From: Laetmonice hystrix
Lineage: Eukaryota
DNA: 64,000 nt
Direction: 5' to 3'
Assembly (NCBI GenBank): GCA_965235115.1
Contig: OZ249436.1
Coordinates: forward strand, 20,028,001-20,092,000
The notes under the pieces were generated by a model. The model saw only the letters and a program-made list of their open reading frames with translations. It was not told the origin of the DNA and searched no databases. Position numbers and translations under genes: made by a program. Positions 60,311-64,000 of the stretch are shown one piece after another (within the stretch, counting starts at the first letter, position 1; every line of letters starts with the position of its first letter).

Positions 60311-63300
60311 TAAAAACCGACTTACTAACTCCTATATCTATCCTTAATTTAAAAAAGAAATCGTTCAGTCAGTCTGATGCTGCACTATTATAAGCCTAGA
60401 CGGAATTTGTAAGCAAAATCCTCCTTGTTTGGAGGATGACCCGTCGAATGTAGTTAAAGGTAGAGTCATAAATAGAACATTTTCACATATTCGACCACAA
60501 ACAACAGTCCCTCATTTTGTTTGATGAGGCTTAGAAGTACCCCCAAATAAATCAGCGGGTGAGATTAAGACATGATGTTAGCACTAGGTGATACTTACTG
60601 TTATCAAATGGTATCTACGGAAGTCTATCACAGGAAACAGTCTCTGAGGTAATGATTACTTACAAGATAGCAGTCAGTTGATGATTCGGCCTGAAGTGGG
60701 ACAGCCTACCAGGCGTTATGGCGCACACTTACCGCATTGGTTGCCCGAGGTATTAAATTAACCTGTTTGATAACTAGTATTTTTACTTTGTACTGGAGGC
60801 TTAAATGATTCATTACCAACAATACACAGGTGCCTTCACGTATGCAAGGAACGCAATGTTGTGTGAGGAGAACCTGCGTGCAGATTAAATCAATTTAAAT
60901 TAAAAGAAACATGTTACTACGGTTAATTAAAGTCGCCTATAGCTGAATCTCATATGATTCAGGGAGTGTATTCTTACCATATTATCGCGAAATCTGTCCG
61001 TCCAAGCCTTCTTTATTATATATTATAAACCGCTTAGCCGTGGTATATCCGTCGCACTTCGTTATCCATACGAGGTCGATGGACTACACAACGTTGGGCC
61101 CTGAACAAGTATAATGTGACGCTCTGTGACGTCACCGGAGGAGGTTATCTTGCCATATACCTACATCCATGGAGGGAGGGTTATCAATCACGTGACCTGT
61201 CTATGACGTCTGCATAAATTAAAAGTCCGGTCTCCAACTCGGTCTCCACCAGACCCTCGGGCGACCACCAAAGGTCAGGATCTAACCCCTAAATAATACA
61301 TTGTTATTTCTCAGGATCTGAACTAATGATAAACAATATACATGTAGGCCTGACTTTAGGATTCTGCTGTCATGTCATATAAAGGGCCAGTATGTGAGAT
61401 GTAAGGGTATCAAAATGTATACCTTCTATGTCATACTCGAGTATATAGTTATAGACCGATAGGTTTTATGTTACATCCGTCTGCCATAATGCTGATGTGC
61501 ACTGACAAAGACCACACGGGAATTATGAGTGTGGGTCATGACAACCAAGCGAGAGGTTAGTCATATGAAACAGGTGGGAGTAAGTAATATGACTTGTTTC
61601 ATCTCTCCTGAGTCCCTAACCAATGCTTACCTGCTGCAGAGTGCTCGGAAAGATGGCAACAATCAGAGCTATGTTATCTGCGCACTAGGACTTGGTTCAT
61701 GACCTGAGGAAATAATACCAATGTTCTGTGGCTGCCTGTTGAAACGACAGCGGCTCACTTCTTACAGTTGGATACAAGAGCTCAGGGTATTTGGAGGGAT
61801 AAACTGGATATTTATTACAAACAATTGGATGGATAATATAAATGACAGGTACTTGAAAAATGCTTCCACAATCTACTTTATTTAAACAAATCTAACTGAG
61901 AATAACAAGACATGTCCGCCTGAAATAATAACCTTGACAGTAATACTGATTCATTGGCATGGACTGCGGCGGGCTGGATACCATCAGCCTAACTGCAGGA
62001 TCTTGACTTGTCGCCAGAAATCAGGCCTTGGGACGCAGCAAGGAACCGTCGGGGCCCTGTCTGGCGTGTTGTTCTTGTCTTCGGCAACATTAAAACCAAC
62101 ATTCGCACGTATCTTTGCTGAAGCGTGCGCGCCGATAAGAAGGCGATAAGGCCATGATTTCGGCACTAGCAATGTGTCGATTCCGATAAACCTACTCCAT
62201 ATCCTGCGCTGTTTGTCGTAACATCAAATGGCTCAGTAAGCGGCCAGCTTCGATCGTTGATTAATCTGATGTAAAGCAGATCCATCGATTGGTGTTGAGT
62301 AGAGCGGCAACTAACGATGATGGATTGTTCAGGTTTTCTATCCCTGGTCCCATTGTACGCCAGCCCGCCCCGCACCAAGCCAAGTCTGTATACTGGGGGG
62401 TCTCTCCCGAGAAGCCAAGCAAATCTTGCACCGTCTCCGCCAGGCTTACAGGCCCTGGTGCCTAATGGCATCCCTGATTAGACTCATCCGTGCGGAGACT
62501 TCACATTTACATAGGAGACCATGTGCGTTAAACACACGGCAAGCTTTGTTTTTATGAAACGGGGCGTTCATGAACTGTTATTCAGAGACTCTGAGTAGTA
62601 TGGCGAGAGGATAGAACGCGAAGCAGCCTCAGGTACAGAAAGGACCACATGATTCGGTCGTGTGACTTGACTATGAGGGAGACAGGGGAAGGGGGAAAAG
62701 TATTTTATTGCCAATCCAGATAGACTCCTGCTGTTTAAGGTCGAAATTTCATCTAGAATCGAGTCACGGCGAACATTGTGAATTAAAAGCTTATAGGTGT
62801 ACCAAACTATATGGTTACGTGCTTCCAAACGCGGACACCCCACACCCGTAGGGCCTACACGACCCCATACAATGGACGCAGACCCTTATTACTTTATGAC
62901 GTCATTTATCGAACGCATTGCGCATCATTTGTGTTTTTTTTGTAATCCAATCTAAACTGATTAACCTAATTTAGAATTAAATCCCCGTGCTGTTAATGAT
63001 TAAAAATGTCATTCTTGTTGCTGTTCAAAGCTATTAGCTTTATCCGCTAGCTATTGATCGATTATTTAAGGTTGGTTTATGCCAAGTCAGAGCGTGCGTC
63101 AAATAAAATGTTTCATGACAGGACAAAGAAAGATTCCAGTGTTCTAAGACAAATGTATTTAATTCTGGTAACAGTCTAAATACATGTACATATACCTGGG
63201 GATTCAAACGATGAGACAGCTGGAGGTCACCAAGCCCAAGGGTTTTAAAAATGTTATTGTGATATTGGGGTGTTTTAATCAATCCAGGCAGTGCGGGGTC

Positions 63301-64000
63301 CACGGAAGGTTCTACCTGACACGGGGACACGGATGTACACTTCTATAAAGCAGCCAAGGGGTTAAGAAGTGGGACCACGTCGAGAAATGTTCAAAGGCTC
63401 TTCATGAAGTTACCCTATGATAACAACTGCATTATGAAACCATTCACGGTATACTCTCCATGATCGTCAGTCTCGACCGAGCACATTAACAATCGCATAG
63501 CCTCATTTTTCCGAGGCCGTGTAGTCGAAACGTTTCTGAATCAACATTCCTTCCATGGTTCAGTGTGCCGCAGTGGGCCCTTCTAATTCACGATGCAGCC
63601 GTGCAGGTTTCGTGCCAATGCCACCGTTGGCGCTCAGTGTTTAAAAATCTCCTGCTGTAAAGTGTTTCCAACCTCCCACACCACAACCTTTGACTACAGC
63701 TGCAGCACCGCGTTTTACACATTTCTCATGGCAAGGAGTACGTCACAGGGCTCGAGAGGAATTGGGTTTGATATGCATCTGCATCTTACCAAAAAACATC
63801 ACGTACATCTGCATCTTACCAATAAACATCACGTCCATCTGTATGTTACCATCTCACACCCCATCAAGTACACGGTGATATCGGCGCTCACTCCACCTTG
63901 GCGTTAATTACCACTCGATACAACCCGAGTGGCGGTAACAGATAGCACGGCGCTCATGACCCTGACCTTTGCGGGTATCCGATGACGAGGTCGTCCTCGA

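Noticed and set aside
61934..62500. GC-richer stretch with several 60-100 aa ORFs
   Set aside because: No consistent frame, splice pair or known motif.

Overview
Animal (probably marine invertebrate) nuclear DNA of moderate GC content, rich in introns and repeats. There is no sign of prokaryotic features such as operons, CRISPR arrays or rRNA. Two spliced genes can be rebuilt by hand. (1) A divergent protein phosphatase 1 (PP1/PPP family) catalytic-subunit gene on the minus strand has six coding exons (24447 to 1134, 248 codons in frame); its last exon(s) lie beyond the left edge. (2) A complete three-exon GFER/ALR/Erv1 sulfhydryl oxidase gene lies on the plus strand (33445-39769, 180 aa), head-to-head with PP1. 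A third, unrecognised minus-strand spliced transcript is suggested by exons with strong splice signals at about 51.0-51.9 kb; its 3' exons are uncertain. The rest is introns and intergenic DNA with five large minisatellites and many non-autonomous DNA transposons, including TTAA-bounded Kolobok-like elements, CAG..CTG MITEs with 5-bp target-site duplications (TSDs), and an element with an 8-bp TSD. Nearly all long ORFs in the supplied track are artefacts of tandem repeats. I could not establish a convincing novel multi-gene system. The best leads are the divergent PP1 paralogue and its candidate internal promoters, the orphan spliced gene, and two decayed coding fragments.
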